From positions 1,120,001-1,184,000 of the forward strand of contig CAVSGI010000010.1 in the NCBI GenBank assembly GCA_963727445.1: a stretch of 64,000 nt of DNA, in the 5' to 3' direction. Under the pieces are notes generated by a model that was not told the DNA's origin, did no database searches, and saw only the letters and a program-made list of their open reading frames with translations. Both the position numbers and the translations under genes were made by a program. Positions 19,460 through 29,500 of the stretch are shown piece after piece (within the stretch, counting starts at the first letter, position 1; the number at the start of each line of letters is the position of its first letter). Source of the DNA: an uncultured delta proteobacterium (GTDB taxonomy: Bacteria; Myxococcota_A; Polyangia; Polyangiales; B10-G4).

Positions 19460-20296
19460 TCACTGGGCTACTTGCGTCCCACCGGTGGTGGTCGTCGTCG
19501 TCTGCTGCTGCTGGGTGCTACCGGCCGGGGCCATCACCGGCTGGGAGCCGCCGCTCGTCTGCTGCTGTTGCTGTTGCGGCTGCGAGCCGCCGCTGGTCGA
19601 CGCCACGGACTGCGAGGTCGTGCCCGTGAAGTCCCACTGGTAGGTGAGGCGCGTCGGTCCGGCCGGGGCCCCGCCGGAGTTGCGTCCCGCGTTGAGGCGG
19701 AGCGCGACCGCCGTGGTGTCGAGGGTGAGGTGTTGGGTGTTGGCGAAGCAGATCTGACCGCCACCTGTCGCGACCTCCACCGGGCCGGGAACCCACTGCG
19801 TCGCGTAGACGGCGCGCTGAGACCAGCGGCGGCAGTTGTTGTACTGGTCCACCTCGGTGCAGACGTTCTCGGTGCCTACCTGGACGTCCTGCGGCACCAG
19901 GCCGTCATAGACCTGGGTCTGCACGGGAACCAGCTCGATGTTGGGCGACTGGTCCTCGACCGGCTCGGCTTGACCGGCCTGAGAGCGGAAGACCACGGTC
20001 CAGTTGCGGAGATCGGGGTAGCGCCGGTCGAGACCACGCAGTGTCACCGCGATGCAGAGGTTCTGGGGATCGGCTTGAACGATCTGCGCGTCCTGAGCCA
20101 GGGACCCCGGCGGCAGACCTCGCTGTTGCTCCACGCGGTTGTTCTCGTACATCAGGATCGGCACCTGTCCGACGCCCCCCTTTGCGGGATGCTGGGCAGT
20201 GGCGAGTTGGGGCCGGCCCCCAGCGAAGAGGTAACGGGAGCCACAACCAGTCGTGAGAATCGCGAGCGCAAGAAGCGAAAAGAGGAGCTTGGGCAT
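19460..20296 (-). CDS. Hypothetical lipoprotein
   Basis: Lipobox TTGC, Gln/Thr-rich tail. Confidence 0.75.
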   Translation of the reverse strand: MPKLLFSLLALAILTTGCGSRYLFAGGRPQLATAQHPAKGGVGQVPILMYENNRVEQQRGLPPGSLAQDAQIVQADPQNLCIAVTLRGLDRRYPDLRNWTVVFRSQAGQAEPVEDQSPNIELVPVQTQVYDGLVPQDVQVGTENVCTEVDQYNNCRRWSQRAVYATQWVPGPVEVATGGGQICFANTQHLTLDTTAVALRLNAGRNSGGAPAGPTRLTYQWDFTGTTSQSVASTSGGSQPQQQQQQTSGGSQPVMAPAGSTQQQQTTTTTTGGTQVAQ

Positions 20297-20433
20297 CGAG
20301 CAAGAGCCTTTCCGAGGCTGTGTACGCGTTGTCTGACGGAGAATTCCCGATTCGATTCGAGCCGGTGGAGAAGAATTCCAGGTTTACGCGGGCCCGTCCC
20401 GTATCCGGCCGGGCCATGATATGAGAAGGCGCC

Positions 20434-21756
20434 ATGATGGGGGGACGCATCTTCTTCGCCTTTTTCCTCTGTGTCTTCGTCGCGGGCTGCGACGACGAGC
20501 CGGCAGAGCCCGAGCTCAGCGAAGCCGAGATCGAAGCCCAGGAGCGCGAGCGTGCAGACCAAGAGGTGCTCGAGTCCATTCGATCCGGGGACATCCAGGC
20601 GATAGCGGTCTATCTGGAGGACTACCCGGATGGCGCGCACGTCGCCGAGGCGCGACAGGCCATCAGCGGCAAGGTCCCAGAGCAGATCCTCGCCTACCGC
20701 CGACAGGCCGCGCGGCTGGGCGCCGACCCGCTCCTGGTGTTGGCGGCGGCGGACGTCTTCGAGGCCTACGCCGACCAGGCTCCCGCAGCGCTCCGCTTCG
20801 AGACCGTCAGCAACAACGCGTCACCGCCCGAAGACATGGCCGAGCCGAACACCCCGGCCTCCGCCCTCCGCGACGCCCTGTCCGCTCAGCGCCTCGCCCA
20901 ATACACCAGCGAGAACGAGGCCTACTCGGGCTTGAGCGCGGCGACCCGCCGGCTCTTCCATGCGGGCGACACCATCGCCGACCAGAGGATCCTCGGTGAC
21001 GGTCCGGTGTTCCGCATCGAGCGAGGGGTCGCGCCTGCGGACCTGATGATCACCGCCGACGACGGCACGCCGTATCAATCCCTGGTCGCGAACGTGCGCG
21101 TCGAGGTGCACGTGCCCGCCCACGACGGCGAGCCGGCGCGCGTCACCTACCGCAACGACGCGTTCGCGCCGGCCAACTTCTCCGTGGACGTCACCCAGGT
21201 GGAGGGACACACCTCGGCGAACGCCGGAACGCGCCACCGCGCCGTCTACGACGCGTTGCTCAGCGCGGTGGGCCGCCGCGTGACCCACGGCCCCGCCGGG
21301 CGGCTCGCCTTCTATCTCCGGCCGCAGGACTACGCGGCCGCGGTGGACCTCGCCATCCCCGAGCAGAGTCGCGCCCTCGACGCCGTCGTGACGAAGCTCG
21401 AGGGGACCATCCCCGGCGTGGCGGTAGGCACCCGCTGCCGACTGCAGGTGGGGCGCGGCAACGACAGCGAGGACCAGCACTGCCGCGTGGGTCTGGTGTG
21501 CAGCGGCCAGGAGCTCTACGGGAGCGAGATCAGCGGCTTCGTGCCCTGCGCCCCGCCGCCGGTGATCGTGAACGACGAAAACCCCGCGGATGGCGATCCG
21601 GCGCTTCGCATCGACACCACCGAAAGGAAGCTCACTCTCCACGACGCCGAGTCCGGCCGCTTCGGCGAGGTGAGCCTCGAAGCGCGCCTGATCGCCATCG
21701 ACGAGCCCACGCCACGGCGGCCCGCTGCGCCGGCGGAGGAGGACACCGCCGAATGA
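20434..21756 (+). CDS. Hypothetical lipoprotein
   Basis: Lipobox VAGC, YLEDYPDGAH motif, 440 aa. Confidence 0.75.
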   Translation: MMGGRIFFAFFLCVFVAGCDDEPAEPELSEAEIEAQERERADQEVLESIRSGDIQAIAVYLEDYPDGAHVAEARQAISGKVPEQILAYRRQAARLGADPLLVLAAADVFEAYADQAPAALRFETVSNNASPPEDMAEPNTPASALRDALSAQRLAQYTSENEAYSGLSAATRRLFHAGDTIADQRILGDGPVFRIERGVAPADLMITADDGTPYQSLVANVRVEVHVPAHDGEPARVTYRNDAFAPANFSVDVTQVEGHTSANAGTRHRAVYDALLSAVGRRVTHGPAGRLAFYLRPQDYAAAVDLAIPEQSRALDAVVTKLEGTIPGVAVGTRCRLQVGRGNDSEDQHCRVGLVCSGQELYGSEISGFVPCAPPPVIVNDENPADGDPALRIDTTERKLTLHDAESGRFGEVSLEARLIAIDEPTPRRPAAPAEEDTAE

Positions 21757-22412
21757 GCGCGACGCGCGTCGCACCCCTCGCGCTGTTGTTGCTCGCGTTC
21801 CCCAGCATCGCGCAAGCGCGCCCACCGCTCCTCGAAGCGCGGCAGGGATGCGAGCTCTGGCTCGGTCAGGCCCACGGCAACGACCCTTCGGTCCGCGTGA
21901 ACCTGCGCCTCTGCCCCGCCGAGGGCGGGGGCCTCTCGGGCGAGCTCCAATGGTCGAGCCTCGAGAGTGGACACAACGTGCGCGCGGTCGAAGGCCACCG
22001 CCAGGGCAACGCGATCATCCTTGGCGACGTGCGCATCGTCGAAGAGCAGCCCGAGCCCGGCTGGCGCTTCTGCAACATCGACCGCTACGAGCTCACGCAG
22101 AGCGGCGACCACCTCCGCGGCACCTACCGCTCCAGCGCGTGCGACGACTCGGCGACGTTGGAGCTCGAACGCGTGGCGGAGACCGGGACGGCCGCCGGCA
22201 GAGGCGCGGAGACGGAGACAGGGACGCAGACGGAGACGGAGACCGCGACGCAGACGGAGACCGCGACGCAGACGGAGACCGCGACGCAGACGGAGACCCC
22301 TTCGGACGCGTCAACCGCCTCGGGCTGCGGCTGCACGACCGCCTCCCCGCGCACGAGCCTCGCCTTTCTCCTCGTCCTCTTGCCCCTCGTCCTGCGTCGC
22401 CCTCGGACCTGA
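21753..22412 (+). CDS. MYXO-CTERM secreted protein
   Basis: ATGA overlap with upstream gene, signal peptide, TQTETA linker repeats, SGCGC + TM + RRPR. Confidence 0.75.
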   Translation: MSATRVAPLALLLLAFPSIAQARPPLLEARQGCELWLGQAHGNDPSVRVNLRLCPAEGGGLSGELQWSSLESGHNVRAVEGHRQGNAIILGDVRIVEEQPEPGWRFCNIDRYELTQSGDHLRGTYRSSACDDSATLELERVAETGTAAGRGAETETGTQTETETATQTETATQTETATQTETPSDASTASGCGCTTASPRTSLAFLLVLLPLVLRRPRT

Positions 22413-22419
22413 GCGGCCG

Positions 22420-23484
22420 CTACTCCATGCACCGTCCCCACGAGCCGGCCGACCAGTCGCAGGTCGAGCCCGAGGGGCAGTCCGTGTAGGGCCAGCAGGG
22501 ATCGTTGCCGCCGCAGCCATAGCCCGGGTCGGTGCAGTAGACACCGGCGAAGGTGCCGCCGCTCGTGCTGGGTGTGCTTCCGGAATCGCTGCCGGAGTCG
22601 CCGCTCGGGATCGGCGCCATCGAGCTCGAGCTGCAGTCGGGGTCGGTCCACTGGCAGCCGCAGTCGCAGCCGTCGCCGGTGCCGCGATAGGAGTCGGGAC
22701 ACGCATTTTCGACAGACGTTCCACACCAGCAGTACCCGCACGCTCCGTCGCACGTGCATGCCCCTGCCCCCGTGCCCGTGCCCGTGCCCGTGCCCGTGCC
22801 CGAATCGGAGCCCGAATCAGACCCAGGCGCCGGATCGGAGCTCGGCGCCGGATCGGAGCTCGGCGCCGGATCGGAGCTCGGCGCCGGGTCACTGCTCGGC
22901 GCCGGGTCACTGCTCGGCGCCGGATCGGCCCCGCCGTCGCTCGAGGAATCGGCGGGCGCGTCGGCACCGCACGGTGACACCGTCACCCACGCGCCGCCCG
23001 AGCCGCTACAAGACGAGCCGCTGTCGGTGTGCGCGAGGCCCAGCGCGTCGAAGAGCGCGATGTTGCCTTCGATGCCCGCGTCGGTGATGGAGTTGTCCCA
23101 AACGGTCGCGTTCGTACAGTTGCTCGTCCCCCGCTCGCAGACGCGTACGCACTCGCCGCACGAGTAGGCGGAGTCGCGGTTCGGCCGTGCGATCCACGGC
23201 GTGGAATCACTGCACCCCGTCCCGCATGCGCCGGTCACGGCCGAAGCCGAGAGGCTGCAGTCGTGCTTCGCGCAGCAGGCCAGGAAATGGCAGCTCCCCT
23301 CGAAGTACATGTACCGGTCCTCGCGCGAGGTGAGCGACAGAGGCGTCGTCCAGTCGTGCTCGGCCGCGTGCTCCTCGTCCTTCTCCGAGAGGTTGCCCGG
23401 CAGCGCGGCGCAGCCCGCGAGCCCGAGGATCGCGAGCGAGACCAGCAGGTGAAGGAGCGCCGCGCGTTGATCTTCGTGTCCCAT
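22420..23484 (-). CDS. Cys-rich lipoprotein with an expansin/RlpA-like (DPBB) domain candidate
   Basis: Lipobox LAGC, GACG...CGECVRV...VWD...LFDALG pattern, PAPSSD and GT linker repeats. Confidence 0.7.
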   Translation of the reverse strand: MGHEDQRAALLHLLVSLAILGLAGCAALPGNLSEKDEEHAAEHDWTTPLSLTSREDRYMYFEGSCHFLACCAKHDCSLSASAVTGACGTGCSDSTPWIARPNRDSAYSCGECVRVCERGTSNCTNATVWDNSITDAGIEGNIALFDALGLAHTDSGSSCSGSGGAWVTVSPCGADAPADSSSDGGADPAPSSDPAPSSDPAPSSDPAPSSDPAPSSDPAPGSDSGSDSGTGTGTGTGTGAGACTCDGACGYCWCGTSVENACPDSYRGTGDGCDCGCQWTDPDCSSSSMAPIPSGDSGSDSGSTPSTSGGTFAGVYCTDPGYGCGGNDPCWPYTDCPSGSTCDWSAGSWGRCME

Positions 23485-23712
23485 CTGTCCTCGCCGAGGG
23501 AGCTGTGCAAGGGAGAGACCAGCCGAATTTCGGCCGATTAATCCCTGACTCTCGGCGCGAGGTGGAACCTGCTCCGCTCAATCTGGGGACCCAGAACCCC
23601 GCCCCGAGACCCCATCACCACGGGATCGCCGGCGTCGGTCGCGCCCTGTGCAGGTCGCTGCCCGTGAAATCCTTGCGGCATCGCGTGCGATCGGCGCACG
23701 CTGCCCCCGCGC

Positions 23713-25743
23713 ATGGCGGAGCAGGTCGGTTTCAAGCGGAACATCGGGCTCTTCCTCGCGACGATGATCGGCATCGGCGCGATGATGGGACCCGGGATCT
23801 TCGCGCTCCCGAGCGAGCTCGCGCACATGGTCGGCCCCCTCGGGACGCTGACCTATCTCGTGATGGGGGGCGTCACCATCTTCACGGCGCTGAACTACAG
23901 CGAGCTCGGCGCGGCGATCCCCCTCGCCGGGGGTGGCTACTCCTTCGTGAGCCGCACCCTCTCCCGCCCGGTGGCCTTCTTCACGGGCTGGTTCTTCTGG
24001 ATAGGGAACACCCTCGCGTGCGCGATGTACGCCGTGATCTTCGCGCTGACGATCCGCGCCTACTTCTGGCCCGGGGCGAGCGTACCCCTGATCGTCCTCG
24101 GCACGACCGTGGTCTTCGGTCTCATCAACCTCCGCAGCATGTCGGAGGCGATCAAGCTGATCACGATCATGAACCTGATCGAGCTCGCCGTCCTTCTCGG
24201 CATCGGCGTCCTCGGGCTCTTTCACGTTCAAGCGCCGAACCTCGAGGTCCTCACGCCGTATGGATGGGGTGAGTTCGTCCCTTCCATGGCGCTCATCTAC
24301 ATCTCCTTCGTCGGCTTCGAGCTGATCACCGTGGCCGCCGAGGAGATCATCGATCCCGGCAAGAACATCCCACGCTCGATTCTGCTGACGCTCGGGATCG
24401 GCGTGGCCATCTACATCTTCGTCGTCGGCGTGATGTTCGCCACCGTGAGCTACGAAGAGCTCGGCGACTCGGACGTGCCCTTCATCCTGGTCGCCGAGCG
24501 GGTGTTCGGAGACTGGGGCCGCTGGGCGGGGATCGTCGCCACGATCATGGCCAGCCTCTCCGCGTTCAGCGTCACCCTGGGCGCGAGCGCGCGAGTCCTC
24601 TACGCGTTGGGGCGCGACCGGCACTTCCCCCCGCTCCTCGCGCGCCTCCACACCCGCTACCAGACCCCGCACGTCGCGCTCGCCATCTGCATGGTGATGG
24701 TCGTCGTCTTCGGCTCGACCGGCGTCGTGAAGTTCGTCGCGTCGGTCTCCGACTTCGGCTACCTGATGGGCCTCGGCATCGTGAACTGGGCGGTGGTCTC
24801 ACTGCGCAAGAAGATGCCGGCGCTGCGCCGGCCTTTCGACGTGGGTTGGTTCCCCTTCGTGCCGATCGCCGGCGTCATTTCCTGCTGGATCTTCGTCCCC
24901 TTTCTCGAGTGGATGAGCTTTCTGCTGGGCGGCGCGCTCACCGTGGTCGGGGGCGCGGTCTATCTGACGCGCCCCTCGAACAGAGCCGTGCTGCGCCAGG
25001 TGGGCGAGCCGATCTCCCGACTCAAAGACTGGTACAAATCTCTGAGGAGTCCGCGCATGCGAGTACTGATCATCGATGGTGGCAAGCTGGGGCAGAACAT
25101 CGCGACCCGGCTCTTGGCGAAAGACGAGCACCGGATGGTGTTCCGTTCGCACGAGCATCAGATCACGTTCGTCGAGCAGGACGAAGCGACCTGTCAGCTC
25201 CTCGAGAAACGCTACGCGTGTCCCATCTACCAGGGGGACGGAACCAAGACCGAGGTTCTGCAGCAGGTCGGGGTCGACAACGTCGACGTCGCCATCGCGG
25301 CGTCCCAGGACGACGGCAAGAACGTCATCGCCGCGCTTCAGGCGAAGTCGCTCGGGATGAAGCAGGTGATCGCCGTCGTGCAGGATCCCGACTACATGCA
25401 CCTGCTCGAGGACGCCGGGGTCATGGGCGTGAGCGCACCGTGGGCGACCGCGGGCCACATCGAGAACTACCTCGACCGCCCGGGTGTGGCGAACCTCTTC
25501 GAGATCGGCAAGGGCATCGCGAGCCTGGTGGGCGTCAAGGTCCCCGACGAGGCGCAGGTCATCGGCAAGGCGATCAAGGACATCGAGATCCCCGCCGCGT
25601 GCGTGGTCGCGGCGATCATCCGAGGCAACGAATTCGTCGTGCCCCGCGGCAACACCGAGATCGAAGCTGGAGACGAGGTCGTCTTCATCGGGCCCAACGA
25701 GGCGATCATCGAAGCGCAGGACCACTTCTCGATCGTCACCTGA
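23713..25743 (+). CDS. APC amino-acid permease fused to TrkA-like RCK_N/RCK_C domains
   Basis: GAMMGPGIF, GGGYSFV, about 12 TM segments, then IIDGGKLG, GDGT and VPRGNTEIEAGD. Confidence 0.88.
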   Translation: MAEQVGFKRNIGLFLATMIGIGAMMGPGIFALPSELAHMVGPLGTLTYLVMGGVTIFTALNYSELGAAIPLAGGGYSFVSRTLSRPVAFFTGWFFWIGNTLACAMYAVIFALTIRAYFWPGASVPLIVLGTTVVFGLINLRSMSEAIKLITIMNLIELAVLLGIGVLGLFHVQAPNLEVLTPYGWGEFVPSMALIYISFVGFELITVAAEEIIDPGKNIPRSILLTLGIGVAIYIFVVGVMFATVSYEELGDSDVPFILVAERVFGDWGRWAGIVATIMASLSAFSVTLGASARVLYALGRDRHFPPLLARLHTRYQTPHVALAICMVMVVVFGSTGVVKFVASVSDFGYLMGLGIVNWAVVSLRKKMPALRRPFDVGWFPFVPIAGVISCWIFVPFLEWMSFLLGGALTVVGGAVYLTRPSNRAVLRQVGEPISRLKDWYKSLRSPRMRVLIIDGGKLGQNIATRLLAKDEHRMVFRSHEHQITFVEQDEATCQLLEKRYACPIYQGDGTKTEVLQQVGVDNVDVAIAASQDDGKNVIAALQAKSLGMKQVIAVVQDPDYMHLLEDAGVMGVSAPWATAGHIENYLDRPGVANLFEIGKGIASLVGVKVPDEAQVIGKAIKDIEIPAACVVAAIIRGNEFVVPRGNTEIEAGDEVVFIGPNEAIIEAQDHFSIVT

Positions 25744-25749
25744 GACCGC

Positions 25750-25800
25750 GGTCCGTGGCCCCCGCTCTGAAAAGGTTGCGGGGGGTGTGACCCACGGACC
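25750..25800. terminator. Stem-loop after the permease gene
   Basis: GGTCCGTGG/CCACGGACC outer stem and CCCCCGC/GCGGGGG inner stem; no U-tract. Confidence 0.4.
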
Positions 25801-25898
25801 CTGGCCGATCGTGAACGCGCGGCCCCAGTCATCACTGACCTTTCACGAGATCATTACGGGAACGTGAATGGTGCGATTCGTGCTTCGTCTACTGGCTC

Positions 25899-26330
25899 AT
25901 GGAGTCGCTTGACCTGGATCTCAACCCATTCGACGGGGACGAGGTCACACCTTTCGGTACGCCTGACTACCGATACTTCACGCCAACCAAGGGGGAGTCG
26001 GCGCCCTCGATGCTTCGCCGGCTGCACGAGCTCACCCCCGAGCTACCGATCCTGGTGATCGAGCGCGCCTCGAATGGCGACGTGGTGCTTCGCGCGGGGG
26101 TGCTGCGCACACCGCTCGAGAAGCGCGGCACGACGCCCGATGATCTGATCGTCGCGCTCAACCAATTGCTTTCGAAGTCCCAGATCGCGAACCGCTACGT
26201 CGAGCTCGCATGGCACGGGACGGAGCGCGCCTTTGCCTTCACTTCCATGGACGAGTCTCTCGACCTGCTGAACGAGGGCGAGCTCGCGGTCTCCGATCTC
26301 AGCGAGTTGATGGACGTCACCGCGTGGTGA
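25899..26330 (+). CDS. Hypothetical protein
   Basis: 143 aa ORF, start uncertain. Confidence 0.5.
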   Translation: MESLDLDLNPFDGDEVTPFGTPDYRYFTPTKGESAPSMLRRLHELTPELPILVIERASNGDVVLRAGVLRTPLEKRGTTPDDLIVALNQLLSKSQIANRYVELAWHGTERAFAFTSMDESLDLLNEGELAVSDLSELMDVTAW

Positions 26331-26425
26331 TGGCGCACGATCACGCGACGGCAGTCGCCTGATCTCCGCGTAATCCAATCGTTTCTCGACACTTTCAGGC
26401 CCCCCGGGGTATCAATTCAGCCGGG

Positions 26426-28417
26426 ATGGCAGGTACCGAGCACGATCCTCCGGGCCCCGAGCCGACCCTCATCGTCGCGGAACCGAAGACCATCGCCGGC
26501 AAGTACAAGCTCGGGCGCATGCTCGGCGAAGGCGGGATGGGCTCCGTCTACGAAGCGGAGCACCTCGGCCTCGCCAAGCGGGTAGCCATCAAGCTCCTCG
26601 CCGAGAACTACGCGGAGGACGAGGTCTTCGTGAAGCGCTTTCGCCGTGAAGCGAAGGCGATGGCCGCGGTGGCACACGAGAACATCGTCCAGGTCACCGA
26701 CAACGGCGAGGACGACGAGGGGATCCCCTTCATCGTCATGGAGCTCCTCGATGGGGAGTCTCTGGCTTCGGTCATTCGCCGCGAGCGCGTCATCCCGGCG
26801 GCGCAGGCGGCCGACATCGCGGGCCAGGTGCTGGCGGGGCTCGCCGCGCTGCACAAGAAGGGGATCGTTCATCGCGATCTGAAGCCCGCCAACGTCTTCA
26901 TCGCGCGCACCGAGGATGGTCAGACGCGCGCGAAGATCCTGGACTTCGGGATCTCGAAGTTCGCCGCGGACCTCACGAACATGAACGTCACCGCCGAGGG
27001 CGCGGTGATCGGCACCCCGGCGTACATGTCCCCCGAGCAAGTCAAGGGCCGGGCCGACGTCGACGAGCAGACCGACATCTACGCGGTCGGGGTGATGCTC
27101 TACCGAATGGTGACCGGGCGCCTCCCCTTCGCCGGCAAGAAGCCGCGCCAGATCTACGACAAGATCCTGCGCGGCGCGGCGACGCATCCGCAGGAACACC
27201 GCGGTGAGATCAGCGACGAGCTCTGCGAGGTCATCCTCAAGGCGATGAGCCGGCGCAAGAAGGATCGCTACCGGTCGGCGCAGGAGTTCTTCGAAGCGCT
27301 CAAGGAAGCGGTCCCGGACATGGAGGCGACCGGCCCCATGCCCATCATCACCCGCTCTTCGCAGCATTCACTCTCCGCCATCGAGACCGCGCCCACGCTC
27401 CGATCGGGTCGCGGCGCCTCCTCCACCGCCACCACGGGCAAGCTCGCGCCCCGCCCCAGCGGGCGCAGCGCCATCGTTCTGGGGCTGGTGGCGGTGGGGC
27501 TGCTCGGCGTGGGGATCGCGCTCATCTCGAGCGCCGAGCCGAGCGACGGCGGGCAGACGACGCAGGCCGGGGACGCCAACACCGAGAGCGCGGACGCCAG
27601 CGGCACCACGACCGCCCCGGTGTTCGAGGGGACGCCGATCCGCTACGGCGTCACCCATTACGGCGACGAAGACGCCATCCACGCCACCCACGACCCGCTC
27701 TGCGCCTATCTACAGACCCGCCTCGAGCGACCGGTCGAGCTGGAGATCGTCAACGACCACGAGCTCTCAGCGGCCCTCGGCGACGGCGGGCTCACCTTCG
27801 CCGCCCTCTCCCCCAAGCGCTACGTCGAGCAGAAGAACGAGCACCCGCAGCTGCGCGTGGTCGCCATGGCTGCCAACCCCGGCGGCACGTCGTACGCTGG
27901 GCAGCTCCTCGTGCGCTCCGACGAGGACGCTCGCGCGATCGAGGATCTGCGCGGCAAGAAGATCTGCTTTCCCAGCGCCGACTCCACGAGCGGTTACCTC
28001 TATCCGCTGGCGCTCCTGCGTGAAGCGGGCATCACCAACATCCACGACTTCTTCCACGGCGTCGTCTACTACGACGGCGATCACGCGACCACGCTGCGCG
28101 CGCTCCATGCGGGCGACTGCGACGTGGCCGCGGTGGCCCAGAACACGGTGCAGGAAGCGGGCTTCGCGCCGCAGCAGTTCCGGCCCATCGCCACCACCGC
28201 CCCCATCCCCTACGACGCCTACGTGATCGCCCCGGGCGTCGAGCCCGAGCTCGCCCATCAGATCACCGACGCCCTGCTCTCCCTGTCGCCCGGGAGCCGG
28301 GAGGCCACCACCATCTTCCCGGAGGGGAGCCAGCTCACCGGATTCGTCGAAGCCAGCGACGCCGACTACGACGAGGCCCGCGAGATCATTGGGGACGTGG
28401 ACGCCGCGGAGAACTGA
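26426..28417 (+). CDS. Transmembrane Ser/Thr kinase with a PhnD-like phosphate/phosphonate-binding domain
   Basis: GEGGMG, VAIK, HRDLKPAN, DFG, GTPAYMSPE; TM helix; DLRGKKICF...STSGYLYP...IPYD. Confidence 0.88.
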   Translation: MAGTEHDPPGPEPTLIVAEPKTIAGKYKLGRMLGEGGMGSVYEAEHLGLAKRVAIKLLAENYAEDEVFVKRFRREAKAMAAVAHENIVQVTDNGEDDEGIPFIVMELLDGESLASVIRRERVIPAAQAADIAGQVLAGLAALHKKGIVHRDLKPANVFIARTEDGQTRAKILDFGISKFAADLTNMNVTAEGAVIGTPAYMSPEQVKGRADVDEQTDIYAVGVMLYRMVTGRLPFAGKKPRQIYDKILRGAATHPQEHRGEISDELCEVILKAMSRRKKDRYRSAQEFFEALKEAVPDMEATGPMPIITRSSQHSLSAIETAPTLRSGRGASSTATTGKLAPRPSGRSAIVLGLVAVGLLGVGIALISSAEPSDGGQTTQAGDANTESADASGTTTAPVFEGTPIRYGVTHYGDEDAIHATHDPLCAYLQTRLERPVELEIVNDHELSAALGDGGLTFAALSPKRYVEQKNEHPQLRVVAMAANPGGTSYAGQLLVRSDEDARAIEDLRGKKICFPSADSTSGYLYPLALLREAGITNIHDFFHGVVYYDGDHATTLRALHAGDCDVAAVAQNTVQEAGFAPQQFRPIATTAPIPYDAYVIAPGVEPELAHQITDALLSLSPGSREATTIFPEGSQLTGFVEASDADYDEAREIIGDVDAAEN

Positions 28418-28477
28418 CGCCGCTCCGTTGCTTTCGCCTCGCCATCGGAGGCCACATAATTCCGCCGTAGCCATGCG

Positions 28478-29500
28478 TTGCAGGTGCATGTGAAGGCCTG
28501 GGCTTTCAAAGCCGCGCTGGGTGCCGCCCTCTGCGGGGTGCTGGTGTTCGTCCCGGAGAACGCGCCGATCTCCGCCACGCCGGAGGTGCCGATCCAGCGG
28601 CTCGCCATCTCCGGCGGCCCCGAGCTCTCGGAGGCCGAGCTCTCCGGCCTCGCCTGGTTCGACGACCAGCTGGTGCTCCTGCCGCAGTACCCCAGCCGCT
28701 TCCCCACCGCCGACGGCGGCGGCGTCTTCGTGGTGCCGGAACGCGACGTGGAAAAGGCGATCGATGAGCAAGCCGAGGTGCACGCGCGCCTGATCCCCTT
28801 CGTCGCCGAGGGCGTCGAGGAGGCGATCGACGGCTTCGAAGGCTTCGAGGCCATCGCCTTCGAGGGCTCGGAGGTCTTCGTGACTGTCGAGCGCGACCTC
28901 CCGGGAGATACGCGCGGCTACATTCTGCGCGGCCGGGTTCGCCCCGGCCTCAGCGGCATCGACCTCGACGTCGAAGGCCGCGCCGTCCTCGAGCCTCAGT
29001 CGGACATCGGCAACCTCGCCTACGAAGCCCTCGCGATCCATCACGGCCGGGTCTACGTCTTCTACGAAGCCAACGGCGCCGCCAACCCTCACCCCGAGGT
29101 CCTCGTCTTCGACACGGAGCTGAACCGCCTCGACTCGGTTCCGCTCGGACACGTCGAGTACCGCATCACCGACGCCACCTCGGTCGATCGCAATGGGCGC
29201 TTCTGGGCGGCGAACTACTACTACGAAGGCGACTGCTGGAAGACCGAGAGCTGCCCCATGCGCGAACGCTACGGCGTCGGCCGAACCCATCAGGGTCGTC
29301 GCGGCGTCGAGCGCCTGGTCGAGCTACAGATCACCAGCGCCGGGGTCCAGTACACCGATGCGCCCCCCATCGAGCTCGAGCTGGCGCGCGGCCCCGGGCG
29401 CAACTGGGAGGGCATCGTGCGCCTCGAAGGTCGGGGCTTTCTGGTGGTGACCGACCAGCACCCCGAGTCGATGCTCGCCTTCGTGCCCAAGCCCGAGTGA
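28478..29500 (+). CDS. Secreted beta-propeller protein, phytase-like/SdiA-regulated-like
   Basis: Repeated ELSGLAW, FEAIAF, YEALAI, NWEGIV blade motifs. Confidence 0.6.
   Translation: MQVHVKAWAFKAALGAALCGVLVFVPENAPISATPEVPIQRLAISGGPELSEAELSGLAWFDDQLVLLPQYPSRFPTADGGGVFVVPERDVEKAIDEQAEVHARLIPFVAEGVEEAIDGFEGFEAIAFEGSEVFVTVERDLPGDTRGYILRGRVRPGLSGIDLDVEGRAVLEPQSDIGNLAYEALAIHHGRVYVFYEANGAANPHPEVLVFDTELNRLDSVPLGHVEYRITDATSVDRNGRFWAANYYYEGDCWKTESCPMRERYGVGRTHQGRRGVERLVELQITSAGVQYTDAPPIELELARGPGRNWEGIVRLEGRGFLVVTDQHPESMLAFVPKPE

Noticed and set aside
22205..22930. Tandem 6- and 18-bp repeats as non-coding repeat elements
   Set aside because: They lie in frame within CDSs and encode TQTETA, GT and PAPSSD linkers
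23515..23620. c-di-AMP (ydaO) riboswitch upstream of the APC-RCK transporter
   Set aside because: Only scattered short matches (GCCGAA, GGAACC, TGGGG); the conserved 3' CAGCTAAC-like block is absent. An Rfam scan would settle it
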